From the NCBI GenBank assembly GCA_946965045.2, contig OX337237.1, positions 1,922,001 through 1,986,000 on the forward strand: 64,000 bases of DNA, written 5' to 3'. This document shows positions 11,331-25,241 of this stretch, one piece after another. This DNA comes from Epithemia pelagica (lineage: Eukaryota; Protista; Bacillariophyta). The translations under genes and the position numbers were made by a program. The first letter of the stretch is position 1. Each line of letters starts with the position of its first letter. The notes under the pieces were generated by a model. The model searched no databases and was not told where the DNA came from. It saw only the letters and a program-made list of their open reading frames with translations.

Positions 11331-14300
11331 GATGCACGTGAAAAAACAAATATTGATCTAGTAAAAACAACACTACGTAATCTACCCTGCTAATTTGAAC
11401 CAGCCTGGTCAACATCCCTAGAACATCTTCTCACACCTGCAAATGAGTCAGGAATTTCTGTTCAGGAGTTATGACCTTGAGGACATATTTCACAGATTGT
11501 CCTAGGCCACATGATGCTCTTTTTATGCACCTCCCAAATTCACACTGTTGGAGAGAAAGGCCACTTCCAATGTATTCTTGGAAATAATTGCAGGACCCAT
11601 CGTTGCCCTTGTCTTCCTGATTGTTCTTTTCAGCACCATGAAATGTCATCACAATTTGACAGTATTAAAATGGTATTGTCATCATGAAGTTTCTTGCCAA
11701 TTCCTAGAGATGCTGGTTTGATTGTCCTGCCAGGGACAACGATGAATATGATGCCAGAATGTCCAACATGAACTGTCTGTCCATCATTGCTAGATGCGTT
11801 CGAAACACACTCTGCTTATCTTTTGTGTTGAAAATGTCTGCCACAATAATAATATATCCATCCAATACCTTTTTGTCGACAGACGTCGGGCAGCTTGGGA
11901 CTAGCAGCACCATCAGACACAATATGAAACGAGAAACCACACGAAGCGCCACGGAGATCAAATTCTCTTCTTTGGAATGCAACACAAGGGGACCCAACAA
12001 CAGCAGTTGAGAACCCAAAAACCTGAACCCATTCTATGTCGATCTCACATAATCATCACATGTGTGCGCGGTGTGATTGTGGAAAAGTTTTTCATTTTCT
12101 CTTTCTTCGACAAAAATTCCAGAATCAAATTGGATTGGACTACTGGAAGAAATAATATTACACAAGCATGATGGTGAAGGCTTCAGGTGAAGGCTTTAGA
12201 GGCAATGGGTGAACCTGTAAAACGACCAAAAATGGGGCATAGCATTGCTGTTGCATACACGCGTCGACCAGGGCGCTTCCAACCGGGACAAAATGAATAT
12301 GGTATGAGGTTTTCCCACCATTTTCTGCCCAATGGATTATATGTAGCATGTATTCCTTGAGCATGATGCTTAACTGTTTCCATATTTCCAACGAAGCAAG
12401 AATAATCACCGTACTAATATAGTTATTATGGTCCCTCCTTAAAATCGGTTGATCGTAAGCGATTGAGTCTTTATACAAGAATTTTGGGACGTTTTTATCC
12501 CATTCACCAAGAAATATCAACAACGAAAAACAACGCGAGACCGATTCGACTAAGCACATACTGAACAAACAGCTCAGCTTTCAAGTTTGCTGGAGTTGTC
12601 GCATATAACCATATTCTTGTAGCAGAAAAGGCTATTGAAACAATCATATGGCAGTTTGGTTTGCAACATGTAGGTACAATCGACCGTAGAGTCGTCAGCA
12701 AATCCTTTGGGCTTCCGCCAAGACACGATCCGTTCTTTTTGGGCTTCCGACAAGACAAGGTCGAGGCAGCGGAGACGATTTTTCAAACAACATTTATGCG
12801 TCCCCTTTTGAATTGACAATAGCAAGGTGGGAACCGCCATGGCTTGAATGCTGTTCGAAGGAGATAAGTCATATGGATTTGACCCGTAGGTATAGGTAGG
12901 TGTTGTTACCATTGGTGTAATGTCCCCATACCAAAAATCAATTACTCGTACTACCTGAGAAAAATGTTTCCACTCGATGACCTTCGCAAAACTTGGCGAT
13001 ATTGTCTCCGCACGTGGAACAATGAATGATGATCTGTAAAACCTGAATCTGCCCCTTTCACGTAGTTCTGGATTTTGTGCTGGTCCGTGCGACAACTTCC
13101 AAAAGACTGTTATTCTTCATTACTTTCTGACAAAAATGAAGCGAAGATACAATGCGCTGTTCAACAACCTAGCAATGGAATGATCTGCCGTGTTACAATC
13201 GGATCCAGACACAAACAATGTCGGCTGCCGTTCGTTTTCTAGACGATTATTATATTAAGTTTCTCATTCTGAGGTTTTGAAAAGCTTACTATTTATCACC
13301 AAAGAGCCTCTTCTGAGATTCTTCTTCTTTTCTTTTCAAACATATTGAAACAAGCCGCAAATATTGAACAACGTCCACGCTTATTCCATGTGCGTAGACA
13401 ACGTCGTCCGTTGCGTTTGATGGATGATATTTATTTTCATCTTCTGTCCGCTACCGTTTTTCCTGTGATGACTTGATCATCTCATAGTACTGCTTTTGCT
13501 GTTCATAACTCAATATCATTCATTAACAGTGAATGCCGGATGGGAAATTAATGTTCACATGCATATGTGATTTGACCATTTCACGTAGGTAAGAATGGAT
13601 GAAAACCACTTGGCCTTATTTCATCCATTCTCAACCCACGGTAATTTTCGATTTAATCCATCCATTACATGTGAAGTATTAGGTCCGATTTGCGACCGCA
13701 TACTTTTTTGAAGACTATTACAGGATCTAACAGCTGGCAAATCTGCTTTAAGACTGAAGTGTACATGCGTTAGGGACTTATGTTTACATTTTTACATAAA
13801 GCATTCAACGGATGGTATCCTTGGAAGATATTCCATGCCATTTTCATCCTCTTCCCTCATGGTCGCTGAAGTTAGAGAGCAGCGACTCGTCATGTAAAGT
13901 TTTAGTTTCGTTTTCTAGCCTGGGCAATTCCAGTGCTTCGATACAGAAAAAGGATTCAATAAGCAATATTAGTTGCTCCCTTCGGCCTAAAACCCATTCT
14001 TGCCAGCTGTTTATTTTGGACACGTCGATCCAATACATTCTTTGAGGACTCACCGGAGACTATACCCCTCACATTGGATAAGCTTATAGCTCTGGGAATC
14101 ATTTACTTCTCTTTCCAAATCAAAGAGTCATTTATAGGACATGCAATCGATATGTCTCACCTTGAGTCTGAAATGCAGAGAGCAGAAAGCAGCAATGCTT
14201 GAGTTTATTTACGTTGATTTTGGGAGACCGTCGAAGGACCCTACGCTTTCGAGATCACACACAAGACCAATTGACTCGCCTGACTACCCTTCGAACCTGC

Positions 14301-15729
14301 TTCAACAATAACATATCACCGACGATACCAAGTCACGGAGCACGTACGAAGATGTTTAGCTGGGCAATCGGAGTGGACGACCAAGATTGCACCTAAACAA
14401 AAGCAGCTGACCTTTCTATTTTCTTAAATGCAATCTGGAGCGTTGTAACGTGAGAAGTTTCCTTCGGTTCGTCCAAATAAGATACTTCAAAGGGAGCTTG
14501 TCAGCACAGATGAGTTTGAAAAAGAACTATCCTGAATGAATTTCCTCACATATAAGCACTTGACAAGAGTGCTGAACTCTCACCGGTGATGTTAACGCAA
14601 CGATTGCCTTTAAGGCTGGTCCATGTCAGCATTTTGTGTCACGTCAACGTCATATATCCGGGTAAAACAGCATTTCTGGATTTGTTTGAACAAAACCAGG
14701 AATCCTGGTTTTCTTCAAACAAAATCCGGGAAATTCATTAGGGATAGTGTTTTACTTATGCTAGAGTAGAGGCTGCCTACAGTTTCGAATATGTCAGGCG
14801 GGCGCTTTTGGTATTCAATTTTTAAGTGAAGAGTGGGGGAGGATGGGGGACAGGATTCGAAAAGGCGCGGTCTTTTGGACTTGTTTTGCGAGAGCATGAG
14901 GACACGGCGTTAGGCAAAATTTTCAAAACCAAATGCGGCCCGGCCTGCACGGTTTGGTTTTGTTTAGCTCAAGGATCGGCCTAAGAGTTATATATTTGCC
15001 AGAATCCAGCCATCACAATATCCACAAACGAAGAAAACAATCTCTTACTCCATGGCATTACTTGGCGCTCTGTGATCCTCCATTCATCCACTGTCGGGGA
15101 AGCGGACAGACTGTGCATTCTACCAGCCAAATGAGAAATGGCCATATATGAGAAATGGCCAACCATCGATGGACGCTTCTTTTTGATGCACCACACACCA
15201 CACAAGATTTAGCAGTCTTGACACTTCGTGTTGAGGCAATGCTCAGGATGGAGAAACGGGATGAAGGCTTCTCGTGGTCTTTGGGGAGGGGGCTGATCTC
15301 ATCAGCAAACTTGATCTTTGAATGGCGCACTGGAGTGTTGCTCCCTCCGTTTGATCCTTGTTCCACTAAATTGTCGCGAATCTTGAGGATTGATGAGCCA
15401 CTCATTTCCATACCGTGGATCACACCCGAGAAAGATCTCCTCTTTTTTACAGTTTTTGCATTGTTGTTCTTGATGGCACCTTCTTGGGTTGGGCGCAGAG
15501 CGGGTTTTGACGTACCTGTTGCCATCGCAACACTCTTTCTTGTTGGTGCGGCTTTGAAGCCGCACACTAACCTGGCGCTTGTCAATGTAGAGCGACATAT
15601 CTTCTCGTTGTTGTCTCATTCTATAATAGTGTTGTCATTGCTACTAATCCTCTGTGCTTTTTTGTGGACACCCTTTTTATCAAGGTCACATGTTGTTTGA
15701 TTGATGGGATCAATCAAATCAGGCCTCCG

Positions 15730-17816
15730 AGGTAAAAATCTGTCACGCTGTAAAACGAGGATGGCACGCGGTGCAACAGATGGAATTTTCCCTAAGTACT
15801 ACTTGCCAAGGGACATAAAATCCTGTTTCTTGCACCAAAGAGTAAACCAAGCAATCTTGTTCGTGTCCCAGGTTTCTTTTTCTTTCAGGTACAGCAGAGT
15901 TGGAAACTGCTTTATCAAAGCTTGCCAGTTGAATCGTACAGTCCTTTCACAGAAATGTTTGTAGTCCTCGTACTCGTCCCACATACCTTCTTGCAGTGGT
16001 CGGCCACTGCATTGCCAGAACTATTGTTGTTGTTATCAAGATTGTCCGTAATGTCATCATCTTTAGTACCCAAATCAATGTCGTAAAAATATCAAACATG
16101 GAAGCAGCACCTTCATCTTCCAGAATCTCGTCAGAAACTTTGTTATTGGCTGCAGTGCCTGCATTTGTTGCTGGGTCTTTGTTATTGTTTCCACTATTCT
16201 CTGCTTCAGCCGGAATGGGTTGATAAAACTTCTCAATGTCATTCCAGATGTTCAATTGTTCAATTTTTTGAACATCAATGATCAACGGACCACTGCAGCA
16301 TAACAGTGGATTGGCAATCATCGCCTTTTCTGCATCAACATCCTTGGTTTTAAGCATATAGTGCTTGTATTCCCTGATTACTCAATCAATGAGGACTTGG
16401 GTAGGCTATAGGAGATTCTTGTATTCAACAAGAGTTCGTTTGGACTCAAAAACTTTTCATTGTGAGCTTAGCGTCCAAACTAGAACTCTTCAGATCCAAA
16501 ACTTGAACTTACTTGGAAAGGAGATTTCAATCAATGGAGCCGATGATGCAGAAGGGTCATTGGGTCTGTAGTGTCATGGAAGAGGCTTGTAAAGGTTGCA
16601 ACACAGCCTTGTATTTGGCTAGTTGCTTCCACTGTTCCAGGCTGGGAAACTTGGCTTTGAAGGCAGCGTCATTGAAGAGGGAGGATGCAAAATAATCCTT
16701 CATTATGAACACATCACGAAACAAACCGTGGATCATAATCAAGGTACCTCCGACTCTCGTATGGGTAGGGGGATTTCCACAATAGTCATACCATTTTTTT
16801 CAGCAAATTTTTCAAGTTTTCAAACCGGCTTCTTGCTTTTCTACTCATCAACCAGGATGAGAAGATATGGAAAACCTTGAAGAGATTCACAAACGTCTTG
16901 TTTTCATCAATGACTGTGCCCCCTCGACGCCAGACAGCCTGACCAGTGGCATGTTTCAAGATTAGCTTGGCACGATGCATATTGCACTTGCCAGCCTTGT
17001 TCTGGCCAATGATATACTTGCCGGCCAACACCCCAGAATTGGTACTGTCATTAATTGATGTGAATAAATCAAGACTTGTAAACCCAACTTGATGGAGCAG
17101 AGACTCAGTGTGATCTGCAATTTGGCAAGCCGTGTGCCCTTTCGTTTCCAACAAGCCGATGGGGATTTTGTACACTTGCAATTTTTGGGGTCAACAAGAA
17201 TCAAAGTGACACCCAGGATGTCTTTTTTTAATCCCTGCCAAACATCACGGGCAATGCTGGTGAATCTTGACCACAAAGTAGTTTGAAAGTGGATCGGATA
17301 GCATCAACAAGATCGTTGATCAGCTGTAAAAACTCAATAGGAATTGCGATTGCTGATGGAGCAATCCAAAGCTTTCAATAGGTTAGCGTTGTTGATTGTA
17401 AATTGGAGAAGTGACCTGAAAGCTTCCTTTTCCACAGTCCGGGTAGGAAAGCCCATGTCATTGACGAACTCAAATATTTTTTCGTGAAGTTCTTGTCGGA
17501 CGGATGCTCGAGTTACAGTGGAGGAGACATACGGCGACATCTTCTTCTGTCCTTGTTTCTCCATTATACTGTCTTTCCGGGATGTTGGCAGGACGGATGT
17601 TCTCATAGCTGGTCCTTGCCCAAGAGAGAACCAATCCTTTGGTCGATCTTGTAATGGCAAGAACTTAAAGTATATGTAATGATGAGAAATAAAGTTCTTG
17701 CCACACGTCTTATTCTGACACCTCAAGTTCAAACCTTGTATGTATTGTGGCCAGTTATCCAATTTGTATACCATTTTCAATGGACAAAGTTGTGTAGAAA
17801 TAATACTGGAGGACAA
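15730..17816 (-). pseudogene. hAT-like transposase remnant (frameshifted)
   Basis: Successive frames give GFPTRTVEKEAFRSLL, LGVTLILVDP, IPIGLLETKGH, INDSTNS...CNMH (CxxH) and QWKQLAKYKAVLQPL. Confidence 0.7.
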
Positions 17817-19139
17817 ACAATAGGGACATGGCCATTGTGGCTAGTGTGAAGCACTGTTAAGTCTGGTGCATTGAGTGCCAGAGCTAATTCCAAGTGATTG
17901 AACTGCCCGGCCCAGAAACAGCAACCTTTAATGTTCAACACCACACTCGATATCCCCGTCAGAGGGCATCCATGGGTGGATGGATGGTACCAGGAGACAT
18001 CTGAGGGAATGAAGGATTGGAGCCAATAGAATCTTTCTTTGTGGAATGTTTCCGATGTCAATGGTTTCTGCTTTAATCTTTTCCATCGATGACCATCTGT
18101 TCCTGTTCTTGACATTTGATGCAAGCCAACAGAGAAATTTTCAAAAATTGCAGCTACACCCTGGGTCTTTGTTTGAGGAAGTGCATGTTTTGAACAGTGA
18201 TGAAAAATTGGTGGCGGTGGTGAATCACTGTGCAATTCTGAACGCTAGTGCAGATGAGGTGGACAACTTCTTTGCTTTCTCGTGGGGAGTGGATACCACG
18301 AGGCAGGCCCAAAGGCGTTCATGTGCCAAAGCTACAAGTCTTAATGAGCTCAAGTTGAAGATTGAAGAGGTCAAGTGGAATTCTGGATTGTTGGTAGTGG
18401 ACGGGGCATCTGTTGCTCACGCGGCGGCACCCTTGGAGGATGATGAATCCGAGGAAGGGTGAAAAAAGGTGGTGAAAACACAGATCACGAGGACGAATTT
18501 GAGCCCTAGGAGGACGACGACGACGATGAAAATGACGTTGACCCAACCCGACCCCAATCCGTCACCCAACAAGAACAGCATGCCTTCTCCCACAGACGAC
18601 AACCTGCTTTCGTAGCCAACCACCAGATCCCAGACCAACACGTCAGGCCTGCACCACTGAATGCCCCCATGACGAAACCAAGCCCAAACACACCAACCTC
18701 CCTGCTTTCAACCGACGATGTCACCCCCTCCCTGCAGCAACACCAACACACAAAAAAGACCTCCATCCAAACACATTGAGAACCTCCACTCTCACATATT
18801 TGAATGGGTCATTCTTGTGGGGTTGTTTAAGCAACAATCCAACATTGGCTGGTCTGATGTTCCTCGTGTGCTGCGGGGCTAGACCAGGTGGCTCGATGTG
18901 CACATCTTTGCTGTCCTCACGAGGAGATCCATCTGTTACGAGGAGATTTATGTTCTTCTGATGAAAGACAAGAACTCCGCAGTGTTTGTACGTATGCTAG
19001 GTTGGTCGAAAGGGTGTACGGCATTGCGCCACACCATCTTTGACCGGTCTGGCTCACGTACTAACAGTATTATTCTAGAGTACTGTTTCTCATTTATGCC
19101 ATTTGGTTTCTCATTTGAGTAATGTACCATCATTTGCGT

Positions 19140-19255
19140 ACGCCTCAAATACCATCCATGACGAACTCTTCAACATTTTAGAAGAACTTGCTGCACACTT
19201 GTGCCACACTCGACCCAAGGACAATATCCACATTGAACCCCTCGGACTCCTTATT
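19140..19255 (+). pseudogene. CRE-type C-terminal (zinc/endonuclease-adjacent) fragment
   Basis: ASNTIHDELFNILEEL...IHIEPLGLL; paralog of 22090-22440. Confidence 0.55.
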
Positions 19256-19864
19256 TTTTGGACTCATAGTTATATTGCCCATGATTAATATAGACTCCTT
19301 ACTATCAACCTCGACTACTACCTAGGTACGCTTTTGCCACAAGTTAGTATTGATAGGCATGAATGTTTCCGTAGCTAGGTGACAAAGTTTGCAGATCAAA
19401 TTCCATGACATGAGATATCACACTCCAACAAAATTGATTTCAGACAACCATAACATGTATGTCTTGTTGCCCAGCTATCTACCCAATCGGGTTTGTTAGT
19501 CCAGAGGATCTGACGTACGTCTTTGTTATGAGAATGAAAGTGTGTGTCGTAACGCAGTATTTTTGACACCGTGTTGTCACAAAATGTCTCTGTAATATTG
19601 TAGCTATAGGTCTCAAAATATGGACACATACAGAAGAAAGGCAGAAGATGATGAAGTCCTTCTACCCATTTGGAACTTGGACAGTTGAGGATGCAGGTTG
19701 TTTCGGAGTGCCGAAGAAATTTTTGTCATATCCCGAAAAAGTGAAGATGACATCGTAACACCGGACCAGGGACCAAACAGTACCTTCACAATATATTTAT
19801 CATGATACATGACACTGATATTTGTTATATATTTTAAACAGACTACTAGCCATCCCACAACATG

Positions 19865-20194
19865 TTATACTATACTTTTAAATAGGTCAGACATAGTTTT
19901 TGTCACAATGGGTATCGACATTGAAGGCGGTCCTTGAGTAATCCCGCAATTTTGTGGAATGTTTGATATTTTCTTGTTAAGATGAGCAGCAGAATGTGTA
20001 GTACGTCCTCCAATGAGAGTTGCAGCAACACCACTCATTGCCGTTACTACAATTGCTTCACTGTTGTACTTGTAATTCAAATGATTGCAATATTCTCGTG
20101 CATATAGCTGTAGTAATTCAAGAACGGCCGATTTACCGCTCCCACCAGGTCCATGAAGAAAACACACCAAGTTTTTATGATTCATATCACACAT
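19865..20194 (-). pseudogene. PIF1-family helicase fragment (Helitron-like)
   Basis: Walker A FLHGPGGSGKS and the PIF1 motif TAMSGVAATLIGGRTTHS. Confidence 0.8.
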
Positions 20195-20959
20195 TCTCTG
20201 CTGTGTCGCCCTATTAGCGTGGGATACTCAGATACTACTCCTATTAGCGTGGTAAAGTTTGCTCTAGTTGGACTATTAACATGGTGACTGTCTTTTAGTG
20301 TTACTATGTAGTGGGAGATGGTGTGACTGTTGAGTTGGCGATTGCGGTTCTTGGAGTCGGTGTGCATGGACCTCGTTTCGTAGTAATTCCGTCTTCTTGG
20401 AATTTGCGATAGACACGAGAGATACCATGTTTTTTCAGTACCGGATCCCATTCTTCATAGAACGCTGCAACTCCGTCAGTCCAATCACCAACAACCACGG
20501 CATCGAATTCAACCCAGACAGCCAAAACACCTTTTCCACACTCTCATCAAGCAACCGCTACTCCATTTCGGAGACCACCCAGACGAAGAGTACAACGAAG
20601 AAACGGACCGTTACTACGACGGCAACCCGAACGCCCAACCACTGCCCTTCCTCCGCCAACCGCACCAAACGACTCGCCGCACTCGCCAACCAATTCAATA
20701 ACACAACACAACAACACCACCAACCATCCCAGCCCTCCACACCGGACACCGACACACCGACACACCAACACGAAAACGACCCGCATCTCCCAACAACCCG
20801 CCTACCACACCAACCAACGATACCAGCGACACCACCAACACCACCCCAATTGGTAACCCCACTTTCATTCACTCCTTCATCTCACAAAAAATCACAACCG
20901 TTTCCGCCAACCTCGACAAAGTGTTACTCCTCCCACACGCCCAAACCCGCACAATCATG

Positions 20960-21184
20960 TATCGTTTTTCCATCGCTACATGTATTGGCTCCTTGACAAC
21001 ACCGCAGCGTTTGATTGGTGGTTTCAACACATCCTCCACCCTCTGGAACAGTGGAGTTCCTATCGAGATCATTGCGTTTCGCCTCCGCTGGACGCAACAG
21101 TCCGTCGAGCACTACCTGCGAGACTGCTCGAAAGCTATCGGCCCTCTTACTACTAAGGTCATTATGGGCGTGCTTTCCACTTAA
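20960..21184 (+). pseudogene. Tyrosine recombinase C-terminal fragment (DIRS/Ngaro-like)
   Basis: SGVPIEIIAFRLRWTQQSVEHYLR resembles the YR box II (R-W...Y). Confidence 0.6.
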
Positions 21185-21679
21185 ATATCTCACTGTGTTT
21201 TAGAATTCTTCTACCTTCCTCTCTACATATGTTGGTTCCATCCAGACATTGTTCCTGTCCGCGCCATCGCTCCGGTGCTTCTTCCCCCTGCCCCGTCCCC
21301 GAGGCGCCGCACATTCGTCGGTGCCCGGTACACTTCCGCGCCACTATCTGTTTTCACCCGCACTCGGGCTCGTGTAACTCTCGTAACAACGCCCACCTGA
21401 TCAGCTATTGTCCTCTCCTTCCCTTCCGGCTGGTCCACCGAGACTCGATATACGGACACTTGAGAAGCGAACAGGACAACAAGGACGCAGTGCCCAAGTC
21501 ACCACCCAACCCCTACCGAACGAAAAAGGCAACGGCCCACAACACCACCGAAACGGAGCCCGCCCTCAAGATCCACCTCCACGTGGCCGTCAACCACAAT
21601 CCAAACACAGCAGTCGAGGCAACGCTACCTCGCCTCATTGAAATGAGTGCTTGTAGAATTACAAAAAGTTGAGCGTGGT

Positions 21680-22090
21680 AATTTTGACATGGGGATCCTT
21701 TATCAAGAATTTGTTTCGCTGCGGATGATTTTCGTTCCATATCGGTAATCATCCCCAGAATTATTTGACGGGAAGGTTTCCTCATTTCCTCTTCCTCGAA
21801 GAACAATGGAACCATGACAACAGGTTCTGCAGTGAATCTTCCATCACCGGTGGCATGGGTTTTGTCCATATATGCTATCAACCCCACAACAAAGGCTTCT
21901 GGATCATCTTTGTATTTTGCTACTGTCTGACAGAAAACATCTACATCTTGAATGTTTTGTATTTTGGAATTTGGAACATATGGTTTGTACAGATCTTCCT
22001 TGTCGAGGATAGTATTTTCTTGTCGTGTTGCTTTCTCTTCTTGTAAGACACGATGCAATTGACTAATGAAATCAAACACACCAGTGTTGA
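21680..22090 (-). pseudogene. Plavaka-like transposase fragment, paralog of 61403-62998
   Basis: VFDFISQLHRVLQ...AFVVGLIAYMDKTHATGDGRFTAEPVVMVP aligns directly with VFDFIHQLQRVLQ...AFVVGLVCYTDKTHATQDGRFTAEPVVMVP. Confidence 0.9.
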
Positions 22091-22440
22091 TCGTTTTGGG
22101 GCGGATGTTCGAAGGATGTGCGGGTAGAAGGCCGAGAGGTTCGATGTGGATGTCGGTGATGGAACATGTATGGCGGGAGTGAGGGGTGAGCTCTTGAAGG
22201 ATATTAAAAAGGCCATCACAAATAGTGTTTGATGCATGTGTCATGGGTGCTTTGCGACAAAAAAAGAGGTGATCGCCATATTTGTCGAGGTCAGTGGGTT
22301 GTTGGCAGGTGCAATGGTGGGGAGGCGAGAAAAGAGGGAGGCGTAATTTCCAAATGAGTGCTATGAGGTATAAGTGGTCCGGAATGTGGAAAGGTTGGAA
22401 GCGTCGTGGTTGGTGAAGGGCCGTTGTGGATACAACCAAG
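22091..22440 (-). pseudogene. CRE-type zinc-finger/endonuclease fragment, fused in frame to the Plavaka fragment
   Basis: HCTCQQPTDLDKYGDHLFFC...IHIEPLGLLPAHPSNIRP (CxC...GDH...C...RP motif). Confidence 0.7.
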
Positions 22441-23689
22441 CAACCGTTGGCGTCCTCACGAACCAGGGCTTTAGCACGACTACTGAGTTTCTTGCCTTCC
22501 CCATCAACGAAGTGAAGCCCATTCTGGGATGAGTTGACGCACTGGATGGTGTGTTACCATCGACAAGTCCAAGCTGAAGGCGAAGCGAGTGACCAAGAAG
22601 TTTGGATTCTGTTGTCGCATTGCGTTTGTGCGGTCTTCAAGCTACTGCGCGAGGCAAGGTCCCAAGAAGATGCAATATGGCATCAATGCTTTAGGGTATA
22701 GACGCGATGCCATCATGAGAATGTCCCCAACCATAACACTGGTCACAGCTCTACGACCTACCGGTGTTTGAAGGGATCTTCCCGACCTTCAACGCCCACA
22801 CTATAGAGCCAACAGGGTACAACTTGTACCTCAGAAGTGCGCCCGACACCTTCACGTTAGATGCAACCCAGTTACACCACTACCCTGGGTTCCCAACTGA
22901 ATTGCTTCCACCACCTGTCTGGTAAGAAGGTGATGAGGGGTTGTGTAACAACTTTGGCGAAGTGTTTGGGACACGATCGGCTCCAAACCCTCCATATCTG
23001 AATGATTTTGTGGCAGGTCATTTTGCATCTATGCAGGAAGGCTCCAAAATCGTCACATCTGACAAGTTAACATTCCAAGTGGGTCCAGTTGACATGGCGA
23101 ACAACCAACGGGAAAAGTTGAAGCTGGAGACTTCATCATGGAAACTTCTTGGAATCCAAAATGAGTGGCAAGCATTTGAGTCCTGACGTAGTTGACAAGT
23201 ACTCAAGTACATAGGAGACAAGGTCGTCTCGCAACATCCCTGTTGCCAGACGTGGTCGCCTCCTGCTTCCCATGACGTAGGTGCCATGGATTTGAACCCC
23301 TGGAAGAAGAAGTAGTACTCTCTGTAAGGGAGTGCGTTGGGGATGGGTGATTCAATGTGTTGGAAGAAGACGTCCCTCGTATGCAAACAAGTACGTACTA
23401 GAATGCAGTACGAGACGAGATCGTCTGGCAACACATTGGATCACCATCAACAAACTGATGTAAGTTGCCTGAAAGCAATATTGTATAAAATTCAGGGAGT
23501 CAGTTGGGAATAGGTGATTCGATGTGTGATAGGAGACGAGATCGTCTGGCAACACATCGGACTGACGGAGTGACCACAGCTTTCCGACCACGACCAAGCG
23601 ATCCGTTTCCTACGTTGGCAAGCGCACACGCGAGCGAGGACATTGACACACGGAATCTAAGAGCGATCGACGGCGACACCGAGATTCGC

Positions 23690-23830
23690 AACTTCATGAC
23701 TCCAAGTGTTTTGTGACTTTGGAACGCTGAAAGTTGTTTCAACGGATGTGGTGAATTGTTGTCGTTGAACTTGATGCTTATTCGGGGTTCAATTTGGCCG
23801 TTACATAAATATGGCAGATACAACAAGTCA
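23690..23830 (-). pseudogene. Ambal-like RT fragment
   Basis: PLKQLSAFQSHKTLG motif, matching the EARKTLGV region at 36100-36350. Confidence 0.5.
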
Positions 23831-24225
23831 CCATGTGTCTCAGGTTTTCAGAGGCATTGGTCAGTTGCTATTAGACAAGGCAGCTAATTGTTCACTTGTA
23901 CTTACAATGTTTTCTGTAAATATGTCCTTGAGAATATCTCTACCCCATCACCCCATTTATTGTTTGAGAGTATCATATCTATGCTCCAATCAAAGGTGGA
24001 GACATTTGCATGCCTTTTACTTTGTTCTAAATGTCCTCTTTTTCCTCAAAGCCAAAGCCTTGTATTTATTATGAATGCATTTGATTACCGTCAGTAACGT
24101 CACTAAAATGAATTGAGAATCGTTGCATCTAGCACGATAGGCATATTGTGCAAGTGTCATACAAGGTCACGAGGCGAGATCATCTCGTAACATACAAGTA
24201 CGGGCCGATTGTCATCCGTGACAAC

Positions 24226-24273
24226 TTAGAACTGAACTTGACGTCAGAATTAGAACTGAACTTGACGTCAGAA
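24226..24273 (+). repeat. Perfect 24-bp tandem duplication containing TGACGTCA
   Basis: TTAGAACTGAACTTGACGTCAGAA x2. Confidence 0.95.
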
Positions 24274-24789
24274 TTCTAAGTTTACTGTCGGGTGTGTTGT
24301 GACACTAAGTCAACGGAAGTGCCTGTGAGGAGATAGATGACATTTTTGGAATTACGACCGAGGTTTGTTAAATGTGACCATGATCCATCAATCATTGGCT
24401 TGTCAATTTTGAATTGGATACGAGACGAGATCGTCTCGCAAAGAAGTCATTGATTGTTATTGCGATATGGTCTCGCCACGATTTCGTCTCGTATATTGTA
24501 TTGCGATACGATCTCAGCTCGTATTGCGCTACGATCTCGAATTGGATACGAGACGAGATTGTCTCGCAAACTTATATTGTATTGGGATACGATCTGAGAT
24601 CGTATTGCGATACGATCTCCAATTGGATACGAGACGAGATCGTCTCGCAAAGAAGTACAATAGGCGAATCAATGGCGATGGAACACTAACCTCCAGTACA
24701 ATTACCACCGATTGTAGTGGCGATTTTGCGAACATCTTGACCAGACTTTCATTTGGGGGCCACCCCCACCCGGCGATGACCCCCACCCG

Positions 24790-25150
24790 GCGATGTTCAG
24801 TGTGTTCTCCGAAGCCGCTTGCGATTTATGCAACGACCTGACCAACTTGAATGAGTGGCATCCTTCTATATGCCGCTCCCCACTCCAAGACATGATGGGC
24901 GAGATTAACCGACTCGATGACTCCGTCCCTTTTCATCCGGGAAGACCCTTAGCCGTCGATGTTGAGAAAAAGCCTCGAGGCTTTCACGACGTGTACTTGG
25001 ACGATATGGTCCAACTCTTCATCGACAACGACGATAACATTCAACGCGCACCAAGCATTATTCCGTTGGTTTTGCACTTGCTCGTCCGCCCCCTGGCCGA
25101 TGACGAACCAATCCACCGCACAGCGATACTGGCAGAGGACAAGGTGAAAG
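24790..25150 (+). pseudogene. DIRS/Ngaro-like (YR retrotransposon) RT fragment
   Basis: SEAACDLCN...DVYLDD...HLLVRPLADDEPIHR...KVKAEG (YxDD core). Confidence 0.7.
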
Positions 25151-25241
25151 CTGAGGGCGCACCATCCGATCCTGGTTCGGTCCTCGCTTCCCTCGTCGCT
25201 TCGGCCTCTGTGGCCAACACCTCTGCGGCCGGGGCCGCCGT

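Larger units (their letters stand above)
23410..24650. repeat. Dispersed and tandem palindromic repeat CGAGACGA-GA-TCGTCTCG
   Basis: Copies at ~23411, 23533, 24171, 24421, 24549 and 24630, plus an inverted copy at ~24464-24493. GTATTGCGATACGATCTC subrepeats lie between them. Confidence 0.9.

Noticed and set aside
19865-20194. Host PIF1 gene or complete Helitron
   Set aside because: Only the first helicase motifs are present; there is no Rep domain or termini.
23410-24650. Palindromic repeats as a CRISPR array
   Set aside because: Spacing is irregular (~80-640 bp), one copy is inverted, and the intervening DNA is itself partly repetitive.
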